NCBI RefSeq assembly: GCF_000284455.1
Contig: NC_017039.1
Coordinates: 30,001 to 62,000 of the forward strand
Direction: 5' to 3'
DNA from: Synechocystis sp. PCC 6803 substr. PCC-P
GTDB lineage: Bacteria > Cyanobacteriota > Cyanobacteriia > Cyanobacteriales > Microcystaceae
Length of the DNA: 32,000 nt
Shown here in pieces: positions 8,644-18,066 of the stretch; position 1 is the stretch's first letter; each line of letters starts with the position of its first letter. The notes beneath the pieces were generated by a model. The model had not been told where the DNA came from and did not search any database. It saw only the letters and a list, made by a program, of their open reading frames with translations. The translations under genes and the position numbers were made by a program.

Positions 8644-9636
8644 ATGTCGATCTTTTTTTCTCAATCTGATTACTTGGCCATGTTCAGGGAAGGAGGCAAT
8701 CAACAGCAATCTAATGCAGATGGCTCGGATAAATATTGGTATTATCCAACGCATTTAGGGCGTGGATCTATACGGGAGATAAAACTTCGAGAAGGCTTAG
8801 AACTGACGATAGCTAGCTATCAACTCTATCAAAATCTTATTGTTGAAATTCCCGAGCGGGAACACCCATTGGAATATGAATTTACGGTTATTGGAGAACA
8901 CCACCGTCAGTTAACCGGGGCTGATGCAGAAAATTATTTCTTTTCCGGTAGTGGCTTAGCAGATAAAAGTGTGAATGAATATCTGGCGGGATGGCAGGTT
9001 TTAAATGTTAGTTTTCATCTAGAGCCTGATTTATTTCGTACCTGGATAGGCGATCGCCTAGAGCAAGCTGAAACCATTATTCAAGAATTGCTCAAAGACC
9101 TAAACTCAGTTCGCTACACCCACACAGCCACACCTACAGTTAAGATGCAGACGGCATTGCAGCAGATTTTATATTGTCCCTACAGGGGAATTATCCAACA
9201 GATTTATCTAGAAAGTAAAGTCTGGGAACTCATGGCTCTCCACCTTGAGCAGATGCTACAAAATTCCTCTCCCAACTTGACCCAACCAACCCTTAAACCA
9301 GATGATATTGAACGAATTCACCATGCCAGAGAAATTTTATCCCAGTGCCTCTGTAACCCACCTTCCTTAAAAGGATTGGCTCGTCAGGTGGGCTTGAATG
9401 AATTTACTCTTAAACAGGGTTTCCGCCAAGTTTTTGGAACTACCGCATTCGGTTGGTTGCACCATCACCGTATGGAAAGGGTCAAAGAATTACTAGAAAC
9501 GGGCCATTACAACGTCACTGAAGCTGCTCGGGAAGTGGGGTTTTCCAATCGGGGACATTTTGCCGCCTCGTTCCGCAAAAAGTTTGGCGTTAATCCTAAA
9601 GCCTATTCATTGTTTGCCAAACAACCTAAAGACTAA
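8644..9636 (+). CDS. AraC/XylS family transcriptional regulator (PchR-like)
   Basis: 330 aa; C-terminal double HTH: CNPPSLKGLARQVGLNEFTLKQGFRQVFGTTAFGWLHHHRMERVKELLETGHYNVTEAAREVGFSNRGHFAASFRKKFGVNPKAYS. Confidence 0.92.
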   Translation: MSIFFSQSDYLAMFREGGNQQQSNADGSDKYWYYPTHLGRGSIREIKLREGLELTIASYQLYQNLIVEIPEREHPLEYEFTVIGEHHRQLTGADAENYFFSGSGLADKSVNEYLAGWQVLNVSFHLEPDLFRTWIGDRLEQAETIIQELLKDLNSVRYTHTATPTVKMQTALQQILYCPYRGIIQQIYLESKVWELMALHLEQMLQNSSPNLTQPTLKPDDIERIHHAREILSQCLCNPPSLKGLARQVGLNEFTLKQGFRQVFGTTAFGWLHHHRMERVKELLETGHYNVTEAAREVGFSNRGHFAASFRKKFGVNPKAYSLFAKQPKD

Positions 9637-9798
9637 AAAATTCCAATTTAGGATCAAAATATTCCCTCCACTGATCAAAGTGATTGCCCGCCGTCCCCGT
9701 CTTACCGGTAAAGTATTTGAGAATTAGTTGCAGTTAAGGTTGTTCCTCCTGTGTTATCAGATGCCATGGCCGGCTGTCTCAACTAAGAATTTCAAGCT

Positions 9799-12363
9799 TT
9801 GGTGCAAGGAGTGATTATGAATCAAGTACAGTGGTCGGTTTTGTTGATGGGTATAGTTTCGCTACTATGTGCTCCCAGGGCGTGGGCCGAAACTAATCCG
9901 AACCAATTGAACAGGACGAATATTTTAGAATCTGGTAACTTAGAACGCACCAAAGCCGGTGATTTGCTCCCAGTTGCAACCACTGTTGATGAGTGGATAA
10001 CCCAAATTGCCCAAGCTTCGATCATCGAAATCAAGGAAGCCCGGATCAATTTGACCGAAGCTGGACTGGAACTGACCCTGGCTACCACGGGCCGCTTATC
10101 AACACCAACCACTTCCGTAGTGGGCAATGCACTAATTGTAGATATTCCCAATGCCATCCTAGCCTTGCCGGATAGTGACGGACTGCAACAGGAAAACCCC
10201 ACCGAAGAAATTGCCCTAGTGAGCGTTACAGCATTACCTGATAATATTGTTCGCATTGCCATTACCGGGGTCAATGTGCCGCCGACGGTTGAAGTTAATG
10301 CCACAGACCAATCCCTGGTACTGGGGTTAAGTCCAGGGAAAGGGGTGGCAGATGAAGAGGATGGCAATGATGCTATCCAGGTAGTGGTGACCGGTGAACA
10401 GGATGAAGGCTATGCGGTGGACGATGCCACAACGGCGACTCTAACCGATACTCCCTTACGGGACATTCCCCAATCGATTCAAGTGGTACCCCAACAGGTG
10501 TTGGAGGACAGGCAAATAATTCGTGCTTCGGAAGCACTGCAAAATGTCAGTGGTGTGCAGAGAGGAAATACTGTTGGTGGTACATCCGAAATATTTAATA
10601 TTCGCGGTTTTCAACAATTTGGCGGAACTCTCCGGGACGGCTTTAAGTTCAGAGATAATTTTTCTATTCCGGACACGGCAAATCTACAACGGATAGAAGT
10701 CCTCAAAGGGCCGGCTTCCGTACTCTACGGCAATTTAGATCCTGGCGGCGTTATTAATTACATTACCAAACAGCCCCTTTCAGAACCTTTTTATGAAGTT
10801 GCTATGCAGGCAGGTAATTTTGGTCTGGTGCGTCCAACCATTGACTTGTCAGGGCCGTTAAACTCACAACGAACAGCTCTTTATCGATTAAATGCGGCTT
10901 ATGAGGGGGGGGGAAATTTCCGGGACTTTGACACGGAAGTTGCACGCTTTTTCATTTCACCCGTAGTTACCTGGCAAATTAGTGATCAAACAGATTTAAG
11001 ATTCGAGTGGGACTATCTCTATGATCGTCGTCCCTTTGACCGGGGGATTGTGGCCTTTGGTACGGGAATTGCCGATATTCCCTTTGATCGAGTTTTGGGG
11101 GAATTAGACGACTTTGATGCAAGGACAAATTTTTCGGCCGGATATAGATTAGAACATCGTTTCAGCGATAATTGGAAACTCCGCAATCGGTTTCGGTTCT
11201 CCTACCTCGATCAAGCGGCCGAACAAACTGAATTGGTTAGATTAGATGAAACTACAGGTAATCTGAGCAGGCAATTTTCCCGCAATGAACAGCAGATAAG
11301 AAATTACGAACTGCAAACTGATTTGATCGGCAAGTTTTCTACAGGTCCCATCCAACACACCCTATTATTTGGCGTTGATTTATCGTGGCAAAGCGCCCCT
11401 TTTATCTTCCGAGGAGGTGTTGCGGCTCCCACTATTAATATTTTTAACCCCGTTTATGGGACTGTAGCTCGACCTAGTATAAATGACTTTCCAGATGTAT
11501 TCTCTTCTGAGGGGCAAACCAATACGCTGGGGATATTTCTGCAAGATCAAGTGACACTGACCGACAACTTAAAATTACTCATGGGAGGGCGTTTTGACAC
11601 CATTGACCAGAGCTCCTCTTCCAACGGGGAATCTGACGAACGTTACGATCAAGCTTTTAGTCCCCGTTTGGGCATTGTTTATCAACCCATTGAACCAGTG
11701 TCTTTGTATGCCAGCTTTAGTAGATCATTTCAGCCTAATTTTGGGACTAGATTTGATGGCTCGTTGCTCGAACCAGTTTTTGGTACCCAGTACGAAGTGG
11801 GGGTCAGAGGTGAATTCCTCGATGGTAGGTTGATCGCAAATTTAGCAGCATATGAAATCACAGTAAGTAATCTGGCTGTAACAGACCCTGAAAATCCCAA
11901 CTTCTCCATTCCATCCGGAGAGCAAAGAAGTAAGGGGGTTGAATTCGATATCGCGGGGGAAATCCTACCGGGCTGGAATATTATTGCTTCCTATGCTTAT
12001 ACCGATGCCAGGGTCACCAAGGATGACAATCTGGAGCCTGGTAATTTGCTTGAGGGGGTTCCCTTTAACTCGGCCAGTTTGTGGTCAACTTACGAAATTC
12101 AAGCCGGTGATTTACAGGGTTTGGGATTTGGCCTGGGATTGTTTTATGTGGGGGAACGCCAAGGTGATTTAAATAATTCTTTTCAAATACCGAGCTATCT
12201 ACGTACTGATATAAGCGTATTTTACCGCCGCAATAACTGGAGGGCCGCCATTAACGTTAACAATCTTTTCAATATAGATTACATCGAAGCGACCCAACGC
12301 CGGACTCGCGTTGATCCTGCGGCGCCCCTAACGGTAAGGGGAACAATTTCGGTGGAATTTTAA
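9799..12363 (+). CDS. TonB-dependent siderophore receptor with N-terminal AMIN domain
   Basis: 854 aa; signal peptide, AMIN-like EIKEARINLTEAGLELTLATTGRLS..., plug VPQQVLEDRQIIRASEALQNVSGVQRG and LQRIEVLKGPASVLYGNLDPGGVINYITKQP, C-terminal ...LFNIDYIEATQRRTRVDPAAPLTVRGTISVEF. The translation ends in Phe, as is usual for outer-membrane barrels. Start likely at the ATG of MNQVQWSVLLMG. Confidence 0.95.
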   Translation: MVQGVIMNQVQWSVLLMGIVSLLCAPRAWAETNPNQLNRTNILESGNLERTKAGDLLPVATTVDEWITQIAQASIIEIKEARINLTEAGLELTLATTGRLSTPTTSVVGNALIVDIPNAILALPDSDGLQQENPTEEIALVSVTALPDNIVRIAITGVNVPPTVEVNATDQSLVLGLSPGKGVADEEDGNDAIQVVVTGEQDEGYAVDDATTATLTDTPLRDIPQSIQVVPQQVLEDRQIIRASEALQNVSGVQRGNTVGGTSEIFNIRGFQQFGGTLRDGFKFRDNFSIPDTANLQRIEVLKGPASVLYGNLDPGGVINYITKQPLSEPFYEVAMQAGNFGLVRPTIDLSGPLNSQRTALYRLNAAYEGGGNFRDFDTEVARFFISPVVTWQISDQTDLRFEWDYLYDRRPFDRGIVAFGTGIADIPFDRVLGELDDFDARTNFSAGYRLEHRFSDNWKLRNRFRFSYLDQAAEQTELVRLDETTGNLSRQFSRNEQQIRNYELQTDLIGKFSTGPIQHTLLFGVDLSWQSAPFIFRGGVAAPTINIFNPVYGTVARPSINDFPDVFSSEGQTNTLGIFLQDQVTLTDNLKLLMGGRFDTIDQSSSSNGESDERYDQAFSPRLGIVYQPIEPVSLYASFSRSFQPNFGTRFDGSLLEPVFGTQYEVGVRGEFLDGRLIANLAAYEITVSNLAVTDPENPNFSIPSGEQRSKGVEFDIAGEILPGWNIIASYAYTDARVTKDDNLEPGNLLEGVPFNSASLWSTYEIQAGDLQGLGFGLGLFYVGERQGDLNNSFQIPSYLRTDISVFYRRNNWRAAINVNNLFNIDYIEATQRRTRVDPAAPLTVRGTISVEF

Positions 12364-12404
12364 ACTTTTCCGTAATTTTGTCAAAATCAAAACAACATTT
12401 TAGA

Positions 12405-13397
12405 ATGCACAGATCGGGTCGTAGATTTAGACTATTTACACTAACAATCCTGACGATTGTATTTTTTTCTGCCTGTGTTGGTAGCACCTCACAAAATCTG
12501 GATCAATCTACAGAGTTATTGTCCGTAGATTGCAGGATTGTCGAGCATTCCTTGGGAAAAACTTGTGTGCCCCTGGAGCCGCGTCGAGTGGTGGCCCTAG
12601 ATGGTGCCACGGTGGGTAATTTACTAGCCTTGGGGATGATGCCCGCTGGGGTGGCCAGCAATCTTTTACCCGAAATAACCCGTTTAATTCCCAATGTGCC
12701 CCGTTTAGGACAGAGTAGTCAGATCAATTTAGAAACCCTAGCGGTTCTACAGCCTGACTTGATTATCGGGGCCGTCTGGGAAATGAAAGGCATTTATAAC
12801 AAATTATCGGCGATCGCCCCCACTGTTGCCTTTGAGATGCAAACCCCCGCTGACTGGCAACGTCCATTCCGTTTCGATGGTCAGGTACTGGGCTTAGAAA
12901 CCCAAGCGGAAAAGGTGCTGGAGCAGTATCAAATGCGTGTAAATAAGTTGAGGGCCCAAGTTAGTGACTCCCCTCTACAGATTTCCTTGGTACGGATTAG
13001 GGCCGAGTCGGGACAGATGAGTTTATATCTGAAGAATTGCTTCGGCGGGGCCATTTTGGCTGATTTAGGCTTTGCTCGTCCCCCGTCTCAGGATCAAGGA
13101 ACTCCAGACCAACCGCCCTTTGCAAAGTCCATTAGCAGAGAATCGATGACCGAAGCTGATGGAGATGTAATTTTTCTGTTCACTTTTGGTCATACTCCAC
13201 AAATTGCTGCCGCCGCCGAGGCCCAGTTAGAACGCTTGGACACCGACCCCCTCTGGCAGTCCCTTGGGGCGGTGCAGAAAAACCGAGTGTATTCGGTGGG
13301 GCACTATTGGGGGGCTGGTAATAGTCCTCTGGCAGCGGACTGGGTATTGGATGACGTGGAGCAGTATCTGTTGGAGGTTCCTGGCAATGGAGTATAA
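12405..13397 (+). CDS. FecB-like iron-siderophore periplasmic binding lipoprotein
   Basis: ORF 12378..13397, likely ATG at 12405 (MHRSGRRFRLFTLTILTIVFFSACVGS, lipobox FSAC). SBP motifs PRRVVALDGATVGNLLALGMMPAGVAS and NLETLAVLQPDLIIG. Confidence 0.9.
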   Translation: MHRSGRRFRLFTLTILTIVFFSACVGSTSQNLDQSTELLSVDCRIVEHSLGKTCVPLEPRRVVALDGATVGNLLALGMMPAGVASNLLPEITRLIPNVPRLGQSSQINLETLAVLQPDLIIGAVWEMKGIYNKLSAIAPTVAFEMQTPADWQRPFRFDGQVLGLETQAEKVLEQYQMRVNKLRAQVSDSPLQISLVRIRAESGQMSLYLKNCFGGAILADLGFARPPSQDQGTPDQPPFAKSISRESMTEADGDVIFLFTFGHTPQIAAAAEAQLERLDTDPLWQSLGAVQKNRVYSVGHYWGAGNSPLAADWVLDDVEQYLLEVPGNGV

Positions 13398-13510
13398 AAC
13401 AAAACAGATCAGGTTTTGATTTTGGATCGGGGATAGGGGAGGAAGTATGGCATTCCCCGCTTGCGCTTTGCTCAGTTACTCAAGTTGTCGGTAAAACGAG
13501 GGTTAGTAGA

Positions 13511-14506
13511 TTGACATTACGATTGTTAAAAAACCAATGGCTTTTCTTTGTTTTTGCCCAACTGCTCCTGATGTTAGTGGTGGCCTGTCAAAATCCCTCT
13601 CAACGGGAAGCAGTAAAAAATTCTGAAGATTGCGTCATCGTTAACCAGCCTGAGGATCAAGCCTGTGTCCCAAAAACCATTGATCGTCTCGTTACCTTAG
13701 ATGGAGCCGCCTTTGAATATGCGATCGCCCTTGGCCTGGAGCCGATCGCCACAGTGCCCAGCAATTTTCAGGCCCAACTGCCAGCCCTAATGACCAATGC
13801 TGAAAATATTCAAAATATTGGCAAGGGGGAACAACCCAATTTAGAAGCAATTTTGGGAACAAATCCCGACTTGATTGTGGGGCTAGATTCCCACCAAAGT
13901 ATTTACCCCCAACTTAGCCAGATTGGGCCGACAGTGCTGTTTCCTTTTGAACATAGTGGACAGTGGAAAGAGGTTTTTGCTTCCGTGGGCAATGCTCTCC
14001 ACCGGCAGGCCGCCACCCAGTCAGCCTTGGCCGCCTATCAAGCTCGCTCGACGGATTTTCGCACTCAAATGGGCGATCGCCTTGATAATCTGCAAGTTTC
14101 CGTCATTCGCCTCTATCCCGATGGCATTAACTTATACCTGAAGGACTCATTTGCCGGTACAGTGCTGCAGGATGCGGGTTTAGCTCGTCCCCCTTCCCAG
14201 AATATTAGTGCGGTGGAAGCCCAACAAAAATTTGGCAATCCTATCCAAACCAGAATTAGCCGTGAAGTATTGGAGCAAGCCGACGGAGATGTGATTTTTC
14301 TTTGGACAGGGGAAAACACTCCCCAGGGCAATGAGGAAGCGAAAAAACGACTGCAACAACTACAGCAAGATCCCCTCTGGGGTCAACTGAGGGCCGTAAA
14401 GGCAGGCAAAGTGTACGAAGTACCAAGCTATTGGATTGGCAGTGGACCGATCGCCGCTAATGCCATCCTCGACGACCTATATAAATACCTTCTTGGAGAA
14501 AATTAA
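13511..14506 (+). CDS. FecB-like iron-siderophore periplasmic binding lipoprotein (second paralog)
   Basis: 331 aa; lipobox VVAC; IDRLVTLDGAAFEYAIALGLEPIATV, NLEAILGTNPDLIVGLDSH, WIGSGPIAANAILDDLYKYLLGEN. Parallels the preceding ORF throughout. Start codon is TTG. Confidence 0.9.
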   Translation: MTLRLLKNQWLFFVFAQLLLMLVVACQNPSQREAVKNSEDCVIVNQPEDQACVPKTIDRLVTLDGAAFEYAIALGLEPIATVPSNFQAQLPALMTNAENIQNIGKGEQPNLEAILGTNPDLIVGLDSHQSIYPQLSQIGPTVLFPFEHSGQWKEVFASVGNALHRQAATQSALAAYQARSTDFRTQMGDRLDNLQVSVIRLYPDGINLYLKDSFAGTVLQDAGLARPPSQNISAVEAQQKFGNPIQTRISREVLEQADGDVIFLWTGENTPQGNEEAKKRLQQLQQDPLWGQLRAVKAGKVYEVPSYWIGSGPIAANAILDDLYKYLLGEN

Positions 14507-14510
14507 CCCC

Positions 14511-14885
14511 ATGGCAAAGCATATTTTAGTGGTTTGTAAGGCTTGTGGTGCTAAGGCAGAAAATGACAATTCTAATTCCCCAACAGACGGTATTTGTTTG
14601 CTAAATAAGCTTCAAGAATTACATCAAAGATGGGTACGCAAAGATGAACTAAAAATTGAGACCACTTCCTGTTTATGTATTTGTGACAGACCCTGTGCGA
14701 TCGCCTATGTGGGCACCCATAAACCCACCTACCTTTTCGGGGATTTAGATCCAATCAATGGCGGTAAAGATCTAATCAGCGCCGCTGAACTTTACCTCGA
14801 CAGCGAAGACGGCATGGTTCCAGCCTACAAACTCCCCGAAGGATTGCGTTCTTGCCGGGTTGCCCGCATTCCCCCTGCCCCCTAG
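14511..14885 (+). CDS. DUF1636-like Cys-rich (thioredoxin-like/metal-binding) protein
   Basis: Inside ORF 14436..14885; ATG at 14511, 4 nt after the preceding stop. MAKHILVVCKACGAKAEN...TTSCLCICDRPCAIAYVGTHKPTYLFGDLDP. Cys spacing CxxC ... CxCxxxC. Confidence 0.7.
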   Translation: MAKHILVVCKACGAKAENDNSNSPTDGICLLNKLQELHQRWVRKDELKIETTSCLCICDRPCAIAYVGTHKPTYLFGDLDPINGGKDLISAAELYLDSEDGMVPAYKLPEGLRSCRVARIPPAP

Positions 14886-14947
14886 CTGTATTCCCAAGTC
14901 TTTTTACCCACACTTTTTAACCCCTATGTCTTAATTTTTTTGCTTCT

Positions 14948-16789
14948 ATGCCACCTATCTATCAACTGCTTTGGCAGATGATCCGCTATGCCCAGAAACT
15001 TTATTGGTTGGATACCATATTGTGGCTATTTATTCTGGGAATACCCATAGTACCGGGACTGCTAATTCGTCAGTTTTTTGACACCTTAACCAGCCAAACC
15101 CAAATTAAGGAATCTCCCTGGGTCTGGATTGGCCTATTTTTAGCGGTGGGACTAGGCAGAATGGCGGCAATTTTTACTGGGCGGATCACAAAAACCCAAC
15201 ACCGCTTTTTGATGAGTGGATTGGTGCGCCACAACCTGTTCCAGGGATTATTGCATCGCCCTGGGGCAGAACTAGCCAGCGGAGCAGTGGACGGCCAGAA
15301 GGTTTCCCCTGGGGAAATGCTGAGCTATTTTCGCGATGATGCTCTACAGATTGAAGACACAGTGGTGGGCACTAATGAAATCTTTGCCGCTGGGGTGTTT
15401 GCGGTGGTTTCCGTGGCCCTACTGTTGAGCGTCAACAGGGAAATGACCTTACTGGTTTTTGTGCCCCTATGTCTAATCACTGCCCTGGCCCACCACGCTG
15501 AGCATCGCCTGAAACGTTATCGCCGAGCCAGTCGCCATGGAACTCAACAGGTAACCGGATTCATTGGGGAGATGTTTACCGCTGTGCAGGCCATCAAGGT
15601 GGCCGGGGCCGAAACTGAAATGTTAGAGGAACTAAGAAAAAGAGGCGATCTCCGCCGTCGTTTAATGGTGCGAGACCAGGTTTTTAATGCCATCCTCAAT
15701 TCCGGCTTTGAAAATACTGTCAGCATTGGTACCGGACTAATTTTACTTTTAGCGGCCCAAAGTCTTGGTCCCCAAGGTAACTTCACTGTGGGAGATTTTA
15801 CCCTCTTTGTTTACTACCTCTCTTTTGTGAGTGATTTTTTAGCTTTTTTTGGGGTTTTTCTTGCTTCTGTGAAACAAAGTGAAGTCTCCTTTGAGCGCAT
15901 GGCAGTTTTAGTCAACGGTGGTGAATGCCCTTCTCCTAGCACAGTTAATCCCACCTCCTTTCCCCTCACCTATCCCCATCATCTCTATCTCAAACCTATT
16001 TTGGGCTCCCAACCGGCCTTACCTCCCCTCTCAACCCCAGCCCAAACCGATCCTTTACAAGAACTAAGAGTAGAAGGATTAGTTTACCATTATCCAGGCA
16101 GTGACAATGGCATTGCTGATATCAGCTTTAGCTTACAACGGGGCAGTTTGACGGTAATTACGGGACGGGTGGGGGTAGGTAAAACAACCCTAATTCGCAC
16201 GCTACTAGGGCTACTGCCCAAACAATCAGGCAAAATTATTTGGAATGGCTTGGAAATTGCCGAACCAGCGACTTTCTTCGTTCCGCCTCGGGCCGCCTAC
16301 ACTCCCCAAATTCCCCAATTATTCAGCACTTCTCTACGAGAAAATTTGTTGCTGGGACTAGCAGATGATGTTTCACCGGAGCAATTAAACCAGGCGATCG
16401 CCACCGCTGTTTTTGAGCAGGATTTGGCTCTGATGCCCAAGGGTCTTGATACCCAAGTAGGAACAAGGGGAGTTCGACTTTCCGGTGGCCAGAAACAACG
16501 GGTAGCGGCGGCCAGGATGCTCGTTCGTCAACCGGAATTACTGGTGTTTGACGACCTTTCCAGCGCTCTGGATCTGGAAACTGAACAAAAACTATGGCGG
16601 CGCCTATTTAGCACTGGGCACCAACGTCATTCTGCTGTTTACACCCCCACTTGCTTGGTAGTTTCCCATCGTCCATCGGTCATAGAGCAGGCTGATACGA
16701 TCGTTTTGCTAGAAGCTGGAAGGATTGTTTTTTCTGGCACTCCAGCTCAGTTTAATCGGGAAATGATGGGAAAAAATATTGTTTTTTAG
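14948..16789 (+). CDS. Exporter-fold ABC transporter, fused TMD-NBD half-transporter
   Basis: 613 aa; Walker A GRVGVGKTT, Q-loop TPQIPQLF, canonical signature LSGGQKQR, Walker B with Asp in place of the catalytic Glu (ELLVFDDLSSALD), H-switch VVSHRPSVIEQAD. Confidence 0.93.
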   Translation: MPPIYQLLWQMIRYAQKLYWLDTILWLFILGIPIVPGLLIRQFFDTLTSQTQIKESPWVWIGLFLAVGLGRMAAIFTGRITKTQHRFLMSGLVRHNLFQGLLHRPGAELASGAVDGQKVSPGEMLSYFRDDALQIEDTVVGTNEIFAAGVFAVVSVALLLSVNREMTLLVFVPLCLITALAHHAEHRLKRYRRASRHGTQQVTGFIGEMFTAVQAIKVAGAETEMLEELRKRGDLRRRLMVRDQVFNAILNSGFENTVSIGTGLILLLAAQSLGPQGNFTVGDFTLFVYYLSFVSDFLAFFGVFLASVKQSEVSFERMAVLVNGGECPSPSTVNPTSFPLTYPHHLYLKPILGSQPALPPLSTPAQTDPLQELRVEGLVYHYPGSDNGIADISFSLQRGSLTVITGRVGVGKTTLIRTLLGLLPKQSGKIIWNGLEIAEPATFFVPPRAAYTPQIPQLFSTSLRENLLLGLADDVSPEQLNQAIATAVFEQDLALMPKGLDTQVGTRGVRLSGGQKQRVAAARMLVRQPELLVFDDLSSALDLETEQKLWRRLFSTGHQRHSAVYTPTCLVVSHRPSVIEQADTIVLLEAGRIVFSGTPAQFNREMMGKNIVF

Positions 16790-17006
16790 TCTCTATTTCT
16801 AAGTCCATGATGAGACTTCAGTCAAGGCTATGGCCTGGGCAACTCGCACTCTAATTAATGGTCTGGAGATTCACTGCGGAAAGTCTAACGAGGAATTACC
16901 TATGGGATCGCCATGGCAAACCTGCCGACGAAATTGGCGATCGGGCTAAATAAGAGTTAGATAACATCTAATTATTCGATATAAATAAGACGATGCTCAA
17001 TTTCAA

Positions 17007-18017
17007 CTAAAGTTGCATATACACAAGCCAATATAACGGCAAATTTTCCTTTGTTGAAATCGTTTTTTTGCCGGTATCATGAGAAAATTCATTAGAAAAT
17101 TTTGCTACTTTTGCAAGTAAATCTCTAATGTGACTTTCGCGCGTATACTTAACTATTGCAATTAGATCACCAAGGAAGACTTGAGAATATTCCTTAGATA
17201 TTTTAAGACCTTTTGAACAACACTCAACCTTAAGAAGGTACTCCATAGCTCTTCTCACAGAATTGACCTTTTCTGATACTTCATCATGGGAGAATTCATC
17301 AATTTCATCGAAAGAATCTAGGATTTTTCTAATACGTATCAAGGCTACATGAACATTCTTCCAGTACAAAAATCTCTTGGAATGAGCGGATGATATTCCA
17401 GAAGCTTTTGGCATCATTACTAGCGAATAGAGTGGAGTACAATGGAAGTCTATTACCTCGTAGTGACCACTAACTTTTCGAATAACTCTCTTCTTAAAGA
17501 AACCATTGTCATATATCTCAATCTCATCTGTACCAAATCTATACAAATTTTTTATTTCTTTTGATGTTTTTGCATACCCATTTATTATAAACAAGGCTGA
17601 TTCTTTTGCTGGCACTGGAAGAATTGTATTTATTTGTAATGCACATGAATATAAAGATGCGGGAAACAAGGACTGCCTAAGCTCACGCCGCCTCTCTGTT
17701 TCGACTAGCTTTCTGAAATCATGCCATACAAGGGTAAGAATCTCTGATTTTTCATCAAAGGAAAAACTTTCAATAACATCCCAGTTTTCCATGTCTAAAA
17801 AATCAACAATTATTAAACCTCCTGTTGCTTCAAGAAGATCTTTAAAAAAATCTGCGACTTGAACTCTATTAGATATATTCTTGTTTCCATATTTTTCTGC
17901 AAGACCTTTAAAAATCTTATGGCTGTCTTTTATTGGATCCATGCAGATTCTCCTTGGGCGGATAACATACAAATAATGAGGGTAAAATGGACTTTCTAGA
18001 TCCACCTTATATCTCAT
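17007..18017 (-). CDS. Hypothetical protein of unknown function; possible HEPN-like or helical C-terminus
   Basis: 336 aa complete ORF, strikingly AT-rich relative to flanks, 49 nt downstream of the DUF5615-like gene on the same strand. No family motif recognised with confidence. Confidence 0.65.
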   Translation of the reverse strand: MRYKVDLESPFYPHYLYVIRPRRICMDPIKDSHKIFKGLAEKYGNKNISNRVQVADFFKDLLEATGGLIIVDFLDMENWDVIESFSFDEKSEILTLVWHDFRKLVETERRRELRQSLFPASLYSCALQINTILPVPAKESALFIINGYAKTSKEIKNLYRFGTDEIEIYDNGFFKKRVIRKVSGHYEVIDFHCTPLYSLVMMPKASGISSAHSKRFLYWKNVHVALIRIRKILDSFDEIDEFSHDEVSEKVNSVRRAMEYLLKVECCSKGLKISKEYSQVFLGDLIAIVKYTRESHIRDLLAKVAKFSNEFSHDTGKKTISTKENLPLYWLVYMQL

Positions 18018-18066
18018 TATAGAGAATGATTTATTATTCGTGGAATTGTTGGTTGAGAACTATGTA

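Noticed and set aside
16830-16950. Small plus-strand ORF MAWATRTLINGLEIHCGKSNEELPMGSPWQTCRRNWRSG in the gap after the second ABC gene
   Set aside because: Only about 39 codons, with no recognisable family or clear RBS. Possibly a decayed fragment, but I cannot support a gene call.
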